Part shown: positions 31,300 through 41,727 of the stretch, piece after piece | How the letters are laid out: each line of letters begins with the position of its first letter | Numbering within the stretch: the first letter of the stretch is position 1 | Origin: a virus | Taxonomy: Duplodnaviria > Caudoviricetes | Virus record (IMG/VR): IMGVR_UViG_3300043010_000145 | DNA: 64,000 nt | Strand: one strand, 5' to 3' | The notes under the pieces: model-generated | What the model saw: only the letters and a program-made list of their open reading frames with translations | The model's database searches: none | What the model was told of the DNA's origin: nothing | Position numbers and translations under genes: made by a program

Positions 31300-34200
31300 T
31301 TGAACAACTTAAAGAAACTGCTTTATACAGTCATAGCTGTATCTATGTCTGTAATGTCTGCCTTACCTACAACCGTAGCAGCTACTGAAACTGAAAGTAG
31401 CTCAGACACTTCCTATGTTTATTGGGACGAAACCCGCCCGCCAACTCTCTATGGTGCTGGTGATATTAAGATTCCCGTAAACCATTTAACTGAATTCAAC
31501 CCACTAGATACTCGTTTTAGGGTATTTGCCACCGATTTTGAGGACGGAGATTTAACTCAATCCATTGCAGTAACAGGTGCAGATACCGTAGATACAACAA
31601 ATATTGGTACATATCATGTAACATACACTGTTACAGACAGTGATGGAAACACTTCAACTCTGAACAGTACGATAGAAGTTGTTGCCGAGGATGAGAATTA
31701 TTATGTGGAAAGAATTCTGTACACACTACCTTCCATGTGGAACTTGCAGAAAGCGGGTACACAGCGAGCCAACTATGGCGACAGACAAATTCTTGGTGTT
31801 ATGTTGCCACAAGGTGTAACAATGACGGTAACGCCACTTGATGTATCAGGCAATTCTTTTACCATTTCCAATCTTGGCAACGATTCAGCCTATGAAAATA
31901 GTCAAAATTTGACTTCTACCGATTCCTTGACTGTACAGAATACCCTAGGCGATTCCGTTCCATTGATTTCTACAAAGGTTTTAGGCCCTAGCGATGCCCC
32001 TACGGATTCTTCTCTGATTGGTACAACTTATAAGATAGCATTAGAATATGGCGATGATGTATTAGAATTGCCATATTACCATAACGGTGATGATGAAACA
32101 GAATTCCGCACAAACTGGAAAGCTTCTCAATATTCTTATGCTGTTGTTGAAGGGCAGAGTGTTATGGTGCTTGTACCATTCGCAGATGAGAAATGGTTAA
32201 CAGGTAAATCTTCTGACAATCGTTTTGCTACATTAGATGAGTTCTTTGAATATTATGACAAAGTACTTACTCGTATGGACGAAATTCTTGGTGTTGAGCT
32301 GAAAACAACTGACCCAGTTCAGCAGAATGTCCGTGTTCAATACCTTGTAAAAGCCAATGTGAACGGCTGGGGTTCTGCTTATTATACAAGCAGCCATGTC
32401 GGAACACATTCAGCAAGTGTTGGTTCTTTCTTCCAAGTCAACTGGGGCGGTTTGCACGAAATAGCCCACGGCTATCAAGGTTCTCTCGGACAAGGTATAA
32501 TGAACCTAGGTGAAACAAGCAACAACATATACGGGTACTATATTCAGTCAGATAAATCTATTTACCCATTTGCTGGCAGCTGGCTTGGTGATTTAGATAA
32601 GATTGAAACATCTAAAAACACGGGCAGATTGCTTGGTAAATCATTGACAGATTGCGAAGTAGATGTCCGATTATACTTCCTTATCAATTTATTTGATTCC
32701 TTTGAAGGTGCAGATACCTATGCAAAAATGAATGCTTGGTACAGACAACAGCTTGTGGACGGACGGTCTATGAACAATGTAGATGCCTATGTGGAAGCTT
32801 TGGCGGATATTTACGGTGTAAACATTACTCCTTATATGGAAGCTTGGGGTATGACAGTTTCCCAATCTCTGCAAGAAGAACTGCTCGAACGAAATCTTAC
32901 CTTGATGTCAATTGCTTATGACACATCAGATTCTTCTGCACAAATGGTACAAGACGGAACAATTCCACACAGATATTCTCTAGCTACAACAAGTGATTAT
33001 GCTACCGTAGGGGAAACAGGTTATTTAACAATTCAATTTGATACAGATACACCAGAAGATGTTATCGGTAAATTTGTAAAGATTTATGACGGAGATACCG
33101 TTGTAGCTATGCAACAGATTGAATCCGTTACAGATACTTTGACATTTTCAAATCTTCCAATTGGAACATATCAGGTAAAGCTGCCAGCAGTAGATAATTA
33201 CGAACAGAACTACGGGTATGCAACAGTTAAGCCAGATAGATATACAACCTATACTGCTACATATACACCAATGGAAGTATTACCAATCAACGATACACCA
33301 GTGTTTATGTTCTATGGTTGGTATGACACTTACGGTTTGAAATTGGCTTTCAATGATGATTATTCTCAAATGACTGTATCATTTGGACAGGCAAACATTA
33401 TTTCCAGCGACCCGTATGCAGTTGTTACATCAGCAGACGGAACGGAAAAGATGCGAGAAGCGATTGCAAGCACAACAAACGGCAATTACTTTGATTTCAA
33501 CAAAGGAACTTACACATTAGACCTTGAAGTTGGTGATGAAATCACTTTATCCTATGCAAGTCAGCACAGAATTATGGTTCGTAATGCTCTTACAAATGAG
33601 AATATTACTTCTTTGAAGCCTACAACAAAAACAACAACTTATGTTGTAACAGAAAATGGTTTAGTGCCAAAAGGTACAGACGAACAAGTTGTTATTGATG
33701 AGATTTACGAACAGACAAAAGTGTATCTGAAAAATATCATTGATACTTATAAAGCAGAAGTTACACAAGATGAATTAGAAAATCGCTACATTAACTTTAA
33801 GGAAAAAGCTAAAGTAGTTGCAGCCTACAATCAGTTGCGAGAAGAAGACCAAGAAGAATATGCCAGCTTTATTCAGCAGATTTTAAATGGTGGACTTCCT
33901 ACTGCCACATATACAGGTATTACAACTTTGGATAATACAAAAACAAGCAAATTGCCAAATTTCCTAGACTATGTTACCGTGCAAGATAACGAGGACGGAA
34001 ATTACCTTGTAAAAGCCGAAGTGAAGCAAAGTATTGATATTAAAACTCCAAAAACTTATCCAGTAATCATTACGGTATACGATTCTGACGGCAATACAGA
34101 TACGATTACATTTGACTTTGTTGTAACAGGAAAGGCAGCTTCTAAGCCTAGTACTTCTACTTCCAATTCAAGTTCTTCAACAAAGCCAAGTACAGATACA

Positions 34201-34773
34201 GAGACTTCCAACACAACTGACAATCGGGTTGAAATCAAAATCCCAGAAAAAACTGAGGACGAAGTAGAAATTACAGAGAAAGGCACTACCTTTGGAAATG
34301 GTAGTGATACAGGTGTACGTATGATGTTACATAAATTTATTCTGCCAGCTGTTACACTTGGTGTAGCTGCTGTATATGCTGCTACGAAATTGGTAAAACG
34401 AGAAGAAGATGAAGACGGTAATGTTACTTACACTATGGAAGTGAAAGTAAAAAATCCGTTTAACGAACCCGTTGATGATGAAGTAGTAGATACAAGAGCA
34501 GAGCATTCTGATGAAGAAGCCGATGCCGAACCAAAGGTAGAAGTAGAAGATAAGCCAGAAGAACAATCCGAAGCAGAGGATAAACCAGAAGCAGAGGAAG
34601 AAGTTCAGACAGAACAGCCAGAAGCAGAGGAAGAAGTTCAGGCAGAACAGCCAGAAGCAGAGACAGAACCAACAACCAAAGCCGATGAATGCGAATGCCC
34701 AACAGTTGAGCTTGTTCTGGACGAAGAAGTAAAAACAGTTATTATTCCATTAGAGGAAGAACCAAAAGAATAA
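31300..34773 (+). CDS. Surface M60/enhancin-like metallopeptidase (mucinase-like) with Ig-like domains
   Basis: Signal peptide; DFEDGDLT...GTYHVTYTVTDSDGN Ig-like domain; WGGLHEIAHGYQ...GETSNN gluzincin motif; SDTG, TM and acidic tail. Confidence 0.85.
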   Translation: MNNLKKLLYTVIAVSMSVMSALPTTVAATETESSSDTSYVYWDETRPPTLYGAGDIKIPVNHLTEFNPLDTRFRVFATDFEDGDLTQSIAVTGADTVDTTNIGTYHVTYTVTDSDGNTSTLNSTIEVVAEDENYYVERILYTLPSMWNLQKAGTQRANYGDRQILGVMLPQGVTMTVTPLDVSGNSFTISNLGNDSAYENSQNLTSTDSLTVQNTLGDSVPLISTKVLGPSDAPTDSSLIGTTYKIALEYGDDVLELPYYHNGDDETEFRTNWKASQYSYAVVEGQSVMVLVPFADEKWLTGKSSDNRFATLDEFFEYYDKVLTRMDEILGVELKTTDPVQQNVRVQYLVKANVNGWGSAYYTSSHVGTHSASVGSFFQVNWGGLHEIAHGYQGSLGQGIMNLGETSNNIYGYYIQSDKSIYPFAGSWLGDLDKIETSKNTGRLLGKSLTDCEVDVRLYFLINLFDSFEGADTYAKMNAWYRQQLVDGRSMNNVDAYVEALADIYGVNITPYMEAWGMTVSQSLQEELLERNLTLMSIAYDTSDSSAQMVQDGTIPHRYSLATTSDYATVGETGYLTIQFDTDTPEDVIGKFVKIYDGDTVVAMQQIESVTDTLTFSNLPIGTYQVKLPAVDNYEQNYGYATVKPDRYTTYTATYTPMEVLPINDTPVFMFYGWYDTYGLKLAFNDDYSQMTVSFGQANIISSDPYAVVTSADGTEKMREAIASTTNGNYFDFNKGTYTLDLEVGDEITLSYASQHRIMVRNALTNENITSLKPTTKTTTYVVTENGLVPKGTDEQVVIDEIYEQTKVYLKNIIDTYKAEVTQDELENRYINFKEKAKVVAAYNQLREEDQEEYASFIQQILNGGLPTATYTGITTLDNTKTSKLPNFLDYVTVQDNEDGNYLVKAEVKQSIDIKTPKTYPVIITVYDSDGNTDTITFDFVVTGKAASKPSTSTSNSSSSTKPSTDTETSNTTDNRVEIKIPEKTEDEVEITEKGTTFGNGSDTGVRMMLHKFILPAVTLGVAAVYAATKLVKREEDEDGNVTYTMEVKVKNPFNEPVDDEVVDTRAEHSDEEADAEPKVEVEDKPEEQSEAEDKPEAEEEVQTEQPEAEEEVQAEQPEAETEPTTKADECECPTVELVLDEEVKTVIIPLEEEPKE

Positions 34774-35055
34774 AGATTTAAAGAGTTTTTGCAAAAGCAA
34801 AAACTCTTTTTCATTTTCTTTAATTTTTGTATTGCTTTCTATATTACAATATGCTACTATATACACACCAACACAAATGCAGCCTGTGTTGGAAGAACAT
34901 TTCGCCCATTTGATGAGTTGTGGGCGATTATTATCCTTTCTTTTATACTTTACAAATCGAATACAAATTTTGAGGACCCTCCACAGCCGAGGGTTCTTAT
35001 TTTTTGTTTGTTTATCTATCTTTCTTATTCTATAATATTTGTAGAGGTACAAGAC

Positions 35056-35349
35056 ATGAACTATAAACGAGCAGAACACATTTCCGTACATCATTTATGC
35101 AAAGAAAAAGAATTCGAGCAAATACAACCAACACCAAACGGAACACACAACTCTACATTGGAATACTGGGTATTGGTAGTGGAAGCTATTCGTAAGCAGC
35201 TGCCACAAGAACCTATTGTAGCTAGCCATAAACTTTCCGCAGACGGCAATAGTATCACTTATACTTATGCTTGCCCTAGTTGCCATACTGAGTTATGCAC
35301 ACATTTTACTTATTGCCCAACATGTGGGCAAAAAATTTCAAAAAAATAG
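35056..35349 (+). CDS. Small double zinc-ribbon protein (phage-like)
   Basis: AIRKQLP...YACPSC...YCPTCGQKI; GAGG RBS. Confidence 0.75.
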   Translation: MNYKRAEHISVHHLCKEKEFEQIQPTPNGTHNSTLEYWVLVVEAIRKQLPQEPIVASHKLSADGNSITYTYACPSCHTELCTHFTYCPTCGQKISKK

Positions 35350-35539
35350 TAAAAAGTTGTTGCAATCTATTTTATCTAGTGATATTCTATCTATGTAATC
35401 ATATTAAACACAGCACCTAGTTCAAGAATGTGAAGTTGAGCGGGTATAAGATTTGTGTTGAGTATTAATTACCTCCTTTCTATTATTTGTAGAAAAAGCT
35501 GCCCAAGTAGTCAGGGCAGCTTTTTCTTTTGTCTATTTT

Positions 35540-37177
35540 CTATTTTTTGTCTACTCCAAATGCTTGTATCATTTTCGTGGAAAGGCTGATATATCCGCCA
35601 GATTTGTCTGCACCTACCAGTTTGCAATACCTACAAAAATCCTCAGAAGCAAATATATTCTGTAACCAGCTTAGTGTTTTGTCGTACTCTTCCACATTAA
35701 ACAGACATTTTTCGCCGTCAGAACTTCCCGTACAGAGTTCAAGCTGAACCGTTGTATAGATGCCAGAATAGGCTATAACATCACTATCTAAGATATAAGG
35801 AACGACATTACCCGTTTCCTTAGCAATAATATGTTTGAATACTATCTTCTTGAAGCAACTGTTCACAATTCCTTGACTTCTGCCAAACAAGAACCATGCT
35901 GTATTTTTATCTATATCACGAGCCACGAGTTCTTCCTTAATAGATAAGAGATAGACATAAGCCAACGGGTATTTTTCAGCCAGTTCGTTTTCTGTTAGGG
36001 GCACATACTTGCTATCCATTAGTAAGCCAGCATTATCTTGAAATCGCTTTTCTGCTTTATATGGGAATAGAATGTATTTGTTTTCAATATTACCGTTAAA
36101 TTTAGAAGCCTTTACACACCTATGAAGAATACTGCTTTCAATTGCTGTGCTTACACCTTTATTATTAAAATAGACAATTTGTTCTATATCTGTATGCTTG
36201 CCATAATATGCTTGTGTAAGTTCCTTATCCTTAAATACTTTAAAAATATAGGCTAAATCTTTGTATGTTGCAACTGCATTCTGTATAACAGCAAGGTCTT
36301 TTACTTTCAAGGCTGTCTGCCTATTTTCCGCAAGAAACAGAGTATCTTCCGCAGAGCCTAAGTTCCAAGGTTTACTGCCTAATTTTTCAAAATAGGCATA
36401 TTCAAGTGTGTTTTGTGTTACAACATCGTACATTCGGTATTCTTTGTATTCTACTGTATTTTTTTGTCGTTTATTATCATTATTCAGTACACAAATGCAA
36501 GTATATGTGCTAGTATCTCCGAAGATTTTAGAAGTTTTAAAATCGTAGATAGCCTCTAAATATCTGTTTTCTATTAGATATTGACAAAATTTCGCTTGTG
36601 ATGAGTTTCGAAGAAAAGAGTTTGCTGAGATATAACCAAGTTTACCAGTAGAATTGAGCATAGCTAAACCAATCTCGTAGAATGTAATATATAAGTCCAA
36701 CATGCCGCCACTAAATTGGAATTCCTTTATAATTTCTCTATATTCAGGCTGAATATTATGTATTCGTACAAAAGGAGGATTACCAACACAATAATCTTTA
36801 CTGTGCAAGTGTTTATTATATTCCAGCAAGGTATCGCCATTAGTTAAATTTGACCAAGAAATAGTAGCTATGCCTTCCGTTTTCAATAAGCCAGTTAGCC
36901 TTGCAATCGCTTTATTGTATAGTTCTGTATCTTTTTCTATTCCGTAAACATTTTGCTGAATAATCTCTGCTATTTCTGAGTTTGTTAGTCCTTTATTTCT
37001 TCCTTCTGTAATTATTCGCCGTATTATTTCCACTAAAAAAGCACCTTCACCAAAAGACGGTTCTATGATGCTTTTTGTTAATATCTTTTCCCCAGTGTAT
37101 CCAACACTATCCAGTACCATATTTACCATTCTGTCTGGTGTCATATATTGCCCCAGATTTTTTTGTTTTGAAGCCAC
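35540..37177 (-). CDS. Orphan amino (N6-adenine) DNA methyltransferase, Eco57I/TaqI-like gamma class
   Basis: LGQYMTP, IEPSFGEGAF motif I, GNPPF motif IV, DLYITFYE; no adjacent endonuclease. Confidence 0.9.
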   Translation of the reverse strand: MASKQKNLGQYMTPDRMVNMVLDSVGYTGEKILTKSIIEPSFGEGAFLVEIIRRIITEGRNKGLTNSEIAEIIQQNVYGIEKDTELYNKAIARLTGLLKTEGIATISWSNLTNGDTLLEYNKHLHSKDYCVGNPPFVRIHNIQPEYREIIKEFQFSGGMLDLYITFYEIGLAMLNSTGKLGYISANSFLRNSSQAKFCQYLIENRYLEAIYDFKTSKIFGDTSTYTCICVLNNDNKRQKNTVEYKEYRMYDVVTQNTLEYAYFEKLGSKPWNLGSAEDTLFLAENRQTALKVKDLAVIQNAVATYKDLAYIFKVFKDKELTQAYYGKHTDIEQIVYFNNKGVSTAIESSILHRCVKASKFNGNIENKYILFPYKAEKRFQDNAGLLMDSKYVPLTENELAEKYPLAYVYLLSIKEELVARDIDKNTAWFLFGRSQGIVNSCFKKIVFKHIIAKETGNVVPYILDSDVIAYSGIYTTVQLELCTGSSDGEKCLFNVEEYDKTLSWLQNIFASEDFCRYCKLVGADKSGGYISLSTKMIQAFGVDKK

Positions 37178-37359
37178 TTTATCAAACCTTCCTACTTTCT
37201 TACTATTTGTATTACCTTTAATATAATTTTACCATTTAAACATCTCTTTTCTTGCCGAAACAGTTGGCAATATCTTTACTGAAATTTTTCTTTTTCTTTG
37301 TTAGTAAATTGATATAATTTAAGCCAACTCACATAGAATAGAAAGGAGATTTCCACCGA

Positions 37360-37836
37360 ATGCTTCTATATCTAATAGAAATACTTCTTGCCTGTTCCAT
37401 TTTTCTAATCACAACAGGCATACTTCACATACATTCCCCACTTATGCTGTTGCACCTTTATCCGCAAGAAGTCTACGATAACCTCGTATATTTTCCCGAA
37501 CAAGTAAAGAAGCCGAAACTATGGCAATACATCTTATCTGCCTTATTTACTTCTTGCCTGATTGCCTTTACTTTCCACATATTCAACCGTATTCATCACC
37601 CATTCCATGCTTTTTGCCTTGCCTTTGGTTTATGCCTTGCAATTATTTTTGTAGACTTTTTTATTGTCGATTTATTCTTCTCTAAATACAACATTGTCTA
37701 CCAAAAAGCACATATTGAACCATATTCTAAGCCAGCCATTCGGCAGCATATCAAACACACTTTCTGCTTGCTCCTTGCGGGTATTCTTGTTTCACTCGCT
37801 GTTGCTTTGCTTATCTTTTGTCTGCAACAAGTCTAA
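37360..37836 (+). CDS. Four-TM membrane protein
   Basis: GAAAGGAG RBS; four hydrophobic segments. Confidence 0.75.
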   Translation: MLLYLIEILLACSIFLITTGILHIHSPLMLLHLYPQEVYDNLVYFPEQVKKPKLWQYILSALFTSCLIAFTFHIFNRIHHPFHAFCLAFGLCLAIIFVDFFIVDLFFSKYNIVYQKAHIEPYSKPAIRQHIKHTFCLLLAGILVSLAVALLIFCLQQV

Positions 37837-37896
37837 TTTTTGGTTTTTAGCCGTTCATTTGCTACAATATTCTCACACAGAAAGGAATCTTAAACC

Positions 37897-38358
37897 ATGC
37901 CAGAAGTTTTTAAACCCACACAACTGCGGGAAGAATATCCTGATATTCCTATCCTTTACGAAGAATTTTGTTTCAATCCCCTTGATGCCCAAGCCAAAGC
38001 TGACTATTTGCACACAAAAGAAACTAAACCCGTTGCAATTCCATATTTAGATGCACCAACTCAATCTTATGCAAACATCTGGAAGAAGATATTCAATATA
38101 CAATATTCTATGCACCTTATAGAAAACAATTGGAGTCCTAAATCCAGTTCTACAACATGTTCCTCTTGTGGTTCAGTTATCAACACCAACCTTTACCACG
38201 GTATGACTTGCCCAATTTGTGGCGAGCAGCTACCAGATACAGAACAAGCAGAGGAACTAGCAAAGCGAAAGCAAGAAATACACGAATTAGAAACGAAAAT
38301 GTTGGAATGTGAGCCAACTTTGTACTTTCTTGTGGTATTTCCCGCAAGAACAAAATAA
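37897..38358 (+). CDS. Zinc-ribbon protein
   Basis: CSSC...CPICG followed by a coiled coil; AGAAAGGA RBS. Confidence 0.75.
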   Translation: MPEVFKPTQLREEYPDIPILYEEFCFNPLDAQAKADYLHTKETKPVAIPYLDAPTQSYANIWKKIFNIQYSMHLIENNWSPKSSSTTCSSCGSVINTNLYHGMTCPICGEQLPDTEQAEELAKRKQEIHELETKMLECEPTLYFLVVFPARTK

Positions 38359-38452
38359 GTAAAACTTTTTACATATTTTGCTTGCATTCCTTTCTTTCAT
38401 TTGATATACTAACGATGTGCAGAAAAGCCATAGTTTGCTGCACCTCCTCCCT

Positions 38453-38540
38453 CCCGTCATGGTGGAATCGGCAGACACACCGGACTTAAAATCCGTTGCT
38501 CATTTCGAGCGTTCCAGTTCAAATCTGGATGACGGGACCA
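38453..38540 (+). tRNA. tRNA-Leu (anticodon TAA)
   Basis: Acceptor CCCGTCA/TGACGGG-A-CCA, anticodon loop CTTAAAA, long variable arm GCTC/GAGC, T-arm TCCAG-TTCAAAT-CTGGA. Confidence 0.95.
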
Positions 38541-38630
38541 TATATCTGCTTTGCGGTTAACAGCCTTACGAGCAGACCTTCTGACATACAAAAAACGAGA
38601 AAAAGTGCGAGCTTGCTCGCACTTTTTCTT

Positions 38631-38861
38631 TTACTGTTTGTCTAACATATAATCTTCTTTTGAAATTTCTACAATATAATCAATGTTGTAAACATCGTAA
38701 TCCGCTTCAAATCTGTTTTGTTTGACTGCTCGTTCCACAGCATCTTGCTCGGAGTTTCCTTTCATAAAAATAGAATAACCCGGCTTGCAGTCATCTTCTA
38801 CAACAACATGAATATCCCAATATCGCAGACTAGTTCCTTTCTTTATCTCTAATATAAGCAC
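38631..38861 (-). CDS. Small acidic hypothetical protein (start uncertain)
   Basis: ORF ends at a bidirectional terminator; internal AGAAAGGA suggests a later start; SEQDAVERA resembles the small acidic family. Confidence 0.55.
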   Translation of the reverse strand: MLILEIKKGTSLRYWDIHVVVEDDCKPGYSIFMKGNSEQDAVERAVKQNRFEADYDVYNIDYIVEISKEDYMLDKQ

Positions 38862-39021
38862 AGTTTTTGTGCTACACTTTATAATTATTTCTTTATTTGT
38901 TCTTGGTAGTAGAAAGAGTAATACCCACTGCTAAGTATTTTTCTTCTATTGTTCCATACTTACTAAACCCTTACCAATTTTTGTGAAAACTCTTACATAT
39001 TGTAAGAAAGTAGGGATACTT

Positions 39022-39270
39022 ATGTTTCGCAAAGATGTATTAGAAGAAGCCTACACAACATTTGGTGGGCACAAAGCCTTTTTCGTAGGCGAAGAAAATT
39101 ACAGTATTCAACTTGAATACACCAACAAGCAACCAATCGTAACGGTTGTAATGCACAAGAATGTCTGCCCCGGCTCTGATGTGTATTTTTCTACTGCAAA
39201 AGAAGCAGAATGCTTCGCTCACTGCATGACAGATGAGCAAAAAAGAGCTTATTTTCGATATTTTTCTTGA
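39022..39270 (+). CDS. Hypothetical protein
   Basis: AGGGA RBS before MFRKDV. Confidence 0.55.
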   Translation: MFRKDVLEEAYTTFGGHKAFFVGEENYSIQLEYTNKQPIVTVVMHKNVCPGSDVYFSTAKEAECFAHCMTDEQKRAYFRYFS

Positions 39271-39436
39271 CAGCAACATATCCTTAGGCTAATATAATAA
39301 GTGAAAAATCCTTTGGATTTTGTGTTGCCATAAGCGAGCAGTTCTAACTTTTAGACTTGCTCGCTTTTTGTTTTCCCACCGTTTTGTAGTACAATTAAGT
39401 ATATCTTTTATAAGCTGGAAAGGAAGTGTTTTTTTA

Positions 39437-39748
39437 ATGTCAGCTTATCCACAAGAAATACAAACCAATCTGTTCGATGCCATTGGCGACCAAATCACTT
39501 TATGGCAGACAGATTCTAAAACAATCTATGACGCCAATGATATTCTAGCTTTTTTAAATATATACGGAACTTTGCAGCCGAATCTGGAACAAATCAAAAA
39601 CCTTGCCACAGAAAACCATGCCCGCATTGATGTAGATGATGAAGATATTTTTGTTTACAATCCAAAGGGTATCACCGAAGCAGACCAGCAAAATCTTGCA
39701 CAAGCAATTCAGCAAATCAGTCAATTCTTGAAGAGGATTTCTAAATGA
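39437..39748 (+). CDS. Hypothetical protein
   Basis: GAAAGGA upstream of MSAYPQ; stop overlaps the next start. Confidence 0.65.
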   Translation: MSAYPQEIQTNLFDAIGDQITLWQTDSKTIYDANDILAFLNIYGTLQPNLEQIKNLATENHARIDVDDEDIFVYNPKGITEADQQNLAQAIQQISQFLKRISK

Positions 39749-39930
39749 TTGAGAAATTAGATGCCTATCTTGAACTTTTGCTCGATTTCTTACTTTATGC
39801 AGTTGCTCTGGTAATTGTTTTCTTTGTCTTGCTTTTCTGCGGTGCAACTGTTGTACTTGCTGTTGCATTATTGCCACTGTTTGCACTTATTTATTATGGG
39901 TATACCAACTTTAAGAAAAAGGATAAGTAA
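39745..39930 (+). CDS. Small membrane protein
   Basis: GAGGA RBS, long hydrophobic stretch, KKKDK tail. Confidence 0.65.
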   Translation: MIEKLDAYLELLLDFLLYAVALVIVFFVLLFCGATVVLAVALLPLFALIYYGYTNFKKKDK

Positions 39931-40145
39931 ATTTATGGTTCTGTAAAGATTTCTAAGGGAAAACACTTATATCTTTTGTATTGGTGGACAGGTATAATAG
40001 AAAGGTGTCGGACAAGGCACGGTTCACCGCTCAAAATACGGATTACTGGAATGGCTAATTAGGGAGTGGCTGTTTCAGTTTTTTCTTGCTCTTTTTCTTA
40101 CTTAATACCACTTGCAAAATTTTCGATTCTACGAACATTTCAAGA

Positions 40146-40280
40146 CACTTGCCTTGATTTTTGTCCAGCACTTGCCTTCACAGGCTTTATTTCGTAAAAC
40201 TTCATTTAGATTAATTTCCGAGCTTGCGGAAATGCGGAGAGTGTACTCTCCGCATTATCATCAACTTTTCCAACTTATCT
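40146..40280. repeat. Distant partial copy of the fold-back repeat core
   Basis: CACTTGCCTTGATTTTTG...GGCTTTATTTCGTAAAA...TTTCCGAGCTT...AATGCGGAGAGTGTACTCTCCGCATT. Confidence 0.75.
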
Positions 40281-40553
40281 ATTTATTCTGCCTACAATCT
40301 AGTCTTTTTCTTCTGGCATATCCTCACATTCTGTTTCCGTTTCATACGAGTAAAGTGAGAATTTACGAACTTCTTCGGTATCCTCGTAGATTTCTGAATT
40401 GTCAGCTTCGTATTCTTTTTCGTGCATAAAATTGCTCCTCCTAGTACAAACTATATGTGTTTTACTGTTTCTGCTTTCTCTTTGCCTTGTTTCAGAACCA
40501 GTGAAGAGAAATTATCTATAAATATATGAATAGACCTAGGAAGGTGGGTATTT

Positions 40554-40739
40554 ATGAAATATTTTGTAAATGTACGTATTGACGGATGCTATACGGCTGC
40601 TGTAAATGCAAAAGATATTGACGAAGCTATCGAGAAAGCACAAGAAAAATATGCAAAAAAGAATTTTGGTGAAGATGTTTATTTGCTTGATGGCTTCGAA
40701 GTGATGTCTGTGGAAGACGAAGATGGTAACGAACTCTAA
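40554..40739 (+). CDS. Small acidic protein, family member 1
   Basis: MKYFV..DG....VNA..IDEAIEKA...VEDEDGN shared with 41944 and 42137. Confidence 0.8.
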   Translation: MKYFVNVRIDGCYTAAVNAKDIDEAIEKAQEKYAKKNFGEDVYLLDGFEVMSVEDEDGNEL

Positions 40740-40843
40740 AATAGGAAGAAGTTTGTGTGAATACAAACTTCTTTTCTTTGGGTATTATTTTTGTAATTTA
40801 GTCTATGATAACTATTTTTTGTTTAAAATAGTTAATCTTATGC

Positions 40844-40985
40844 TTGATTTAATTGTATAGATGGGTATAATAATACTCAGAAAGAGGCAAAACAAAATAA
40901 TACATCTCGGTGCCTCTTTTAGTAGTAAAGTTCCTTTCTAAATTCATTACATTGAAAAAGTCATGATTCCCCACATGGCTTTTTC
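40844..40985 (+). ncRNA. Promoter-sRNA-terminator cassette 0
   Basis: TTGATT-16-TATAAT; stem AAAGAGGCA/TGCCTCTTT; TTCCTTTCT; terminator with ATTCCCCA loop. Confidence 0.55.
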
Positions 40986-41073
40986 TTTTGCTTGTTTCTT
41001 CTGTTTGCAAACAGTTATATCTTTTAGAAAGGAATATGTACAAGATATTATTGCTTGTACCATAATATGTAAA

Positions 41074-41274
41074 ATGAAATATAATGTGCAATATCTATTT
41101 AACGGTGAGATAGACCTTGAAGTATCCGCAAATAGCCCAGAAGAAGCCGTGCAGAAGTTCTGGAACAAATTCCCAAAAGCAACTATGGATAATCTAAGCA
41201 TTACAGAAGCAAATGAATTGAATATATGCGATAAAGACTGGAACTTCATTTGCTCCGCTGATTTTGAAGAATAA
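41074..41274 (+). CDS. Small acidic protein, family member 2; its 3' end is matched by the guide at 41757-41807
   Basis: MKYNVQYLFNGEIDLEVSANSPEEAVQK...ICDKDWNFICSADFEE. Confidence 0.8.
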   Translation: MKYNVQYLFNGEIDLEVSANSPEEAVQKFWNKFPKATMDNLSITEANELNICDKDWNFICSADFEE

Positions 41275-41462
41275 TACATTGTATTATCTTGCTCGTGCAA
41301 AGCACGAGCTTTTCTTTTGTTTTAGTATTTTAGAAAACCTTTAGATTTTCCTGAACTATTACTTAGAGAAGAAATTATACAAGGGTGATAAATTCTATCT
41401 AATTTTGATTTTATTGAACTAGTTGAATACTGTGATTAATTGTTAAAGTTTTTAACTTTTAC

Positions 41463-41490
41463 TTGCAGTTCTTCTAATTTGTGGTATACT
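41463..41490 (+). promoter_or_regulatory. Sigma-A promoter of cassette B
   Basis: TTGCAG-16-TATACT with TGTGG extension, homologous to 7690-7718. Confidence 0.75.
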
Positions 41491-41500
41491 GTATTCATAT

Positions 41501-41638
41501 AAGGAATAGCATTATATTATGGTGCTTGATTAGAAACATTTAAGTAAGCAATTTAGAACGGTGGAAAAGCATATATTATTTAAAGCTAGCTAAATGATAT
41601 ATGATGGTAAATGTGCACGTTTACTGTGATACTTCCTT
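41501..41638 (+). ncRNA. Conserved multi-stem structured RNA, copy B
   Basis: AAGGAA...TTCCTT closing stem; hairpins CATATATTATTTA-AAGCTAGC-TAAATGATATATG and GGTAAA-TGTGCACG-TTTACT. Confidence 0.75.
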
Positions 41639-41727
41639 GTAAAGCTACCAGTCAGAAAACTCGAAGGTGTGTTACAAAGTTGCGAATTTGTAACAAGGTG
41701 TACCGAGTTAAATATGGAAACGAAAGT

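Noticed and set aside
38453-38540. tRNA as integration (att) site
   Set aside because: No integrase or repeated tRNA 3' end in the window; sequence signatures are the same on both sides
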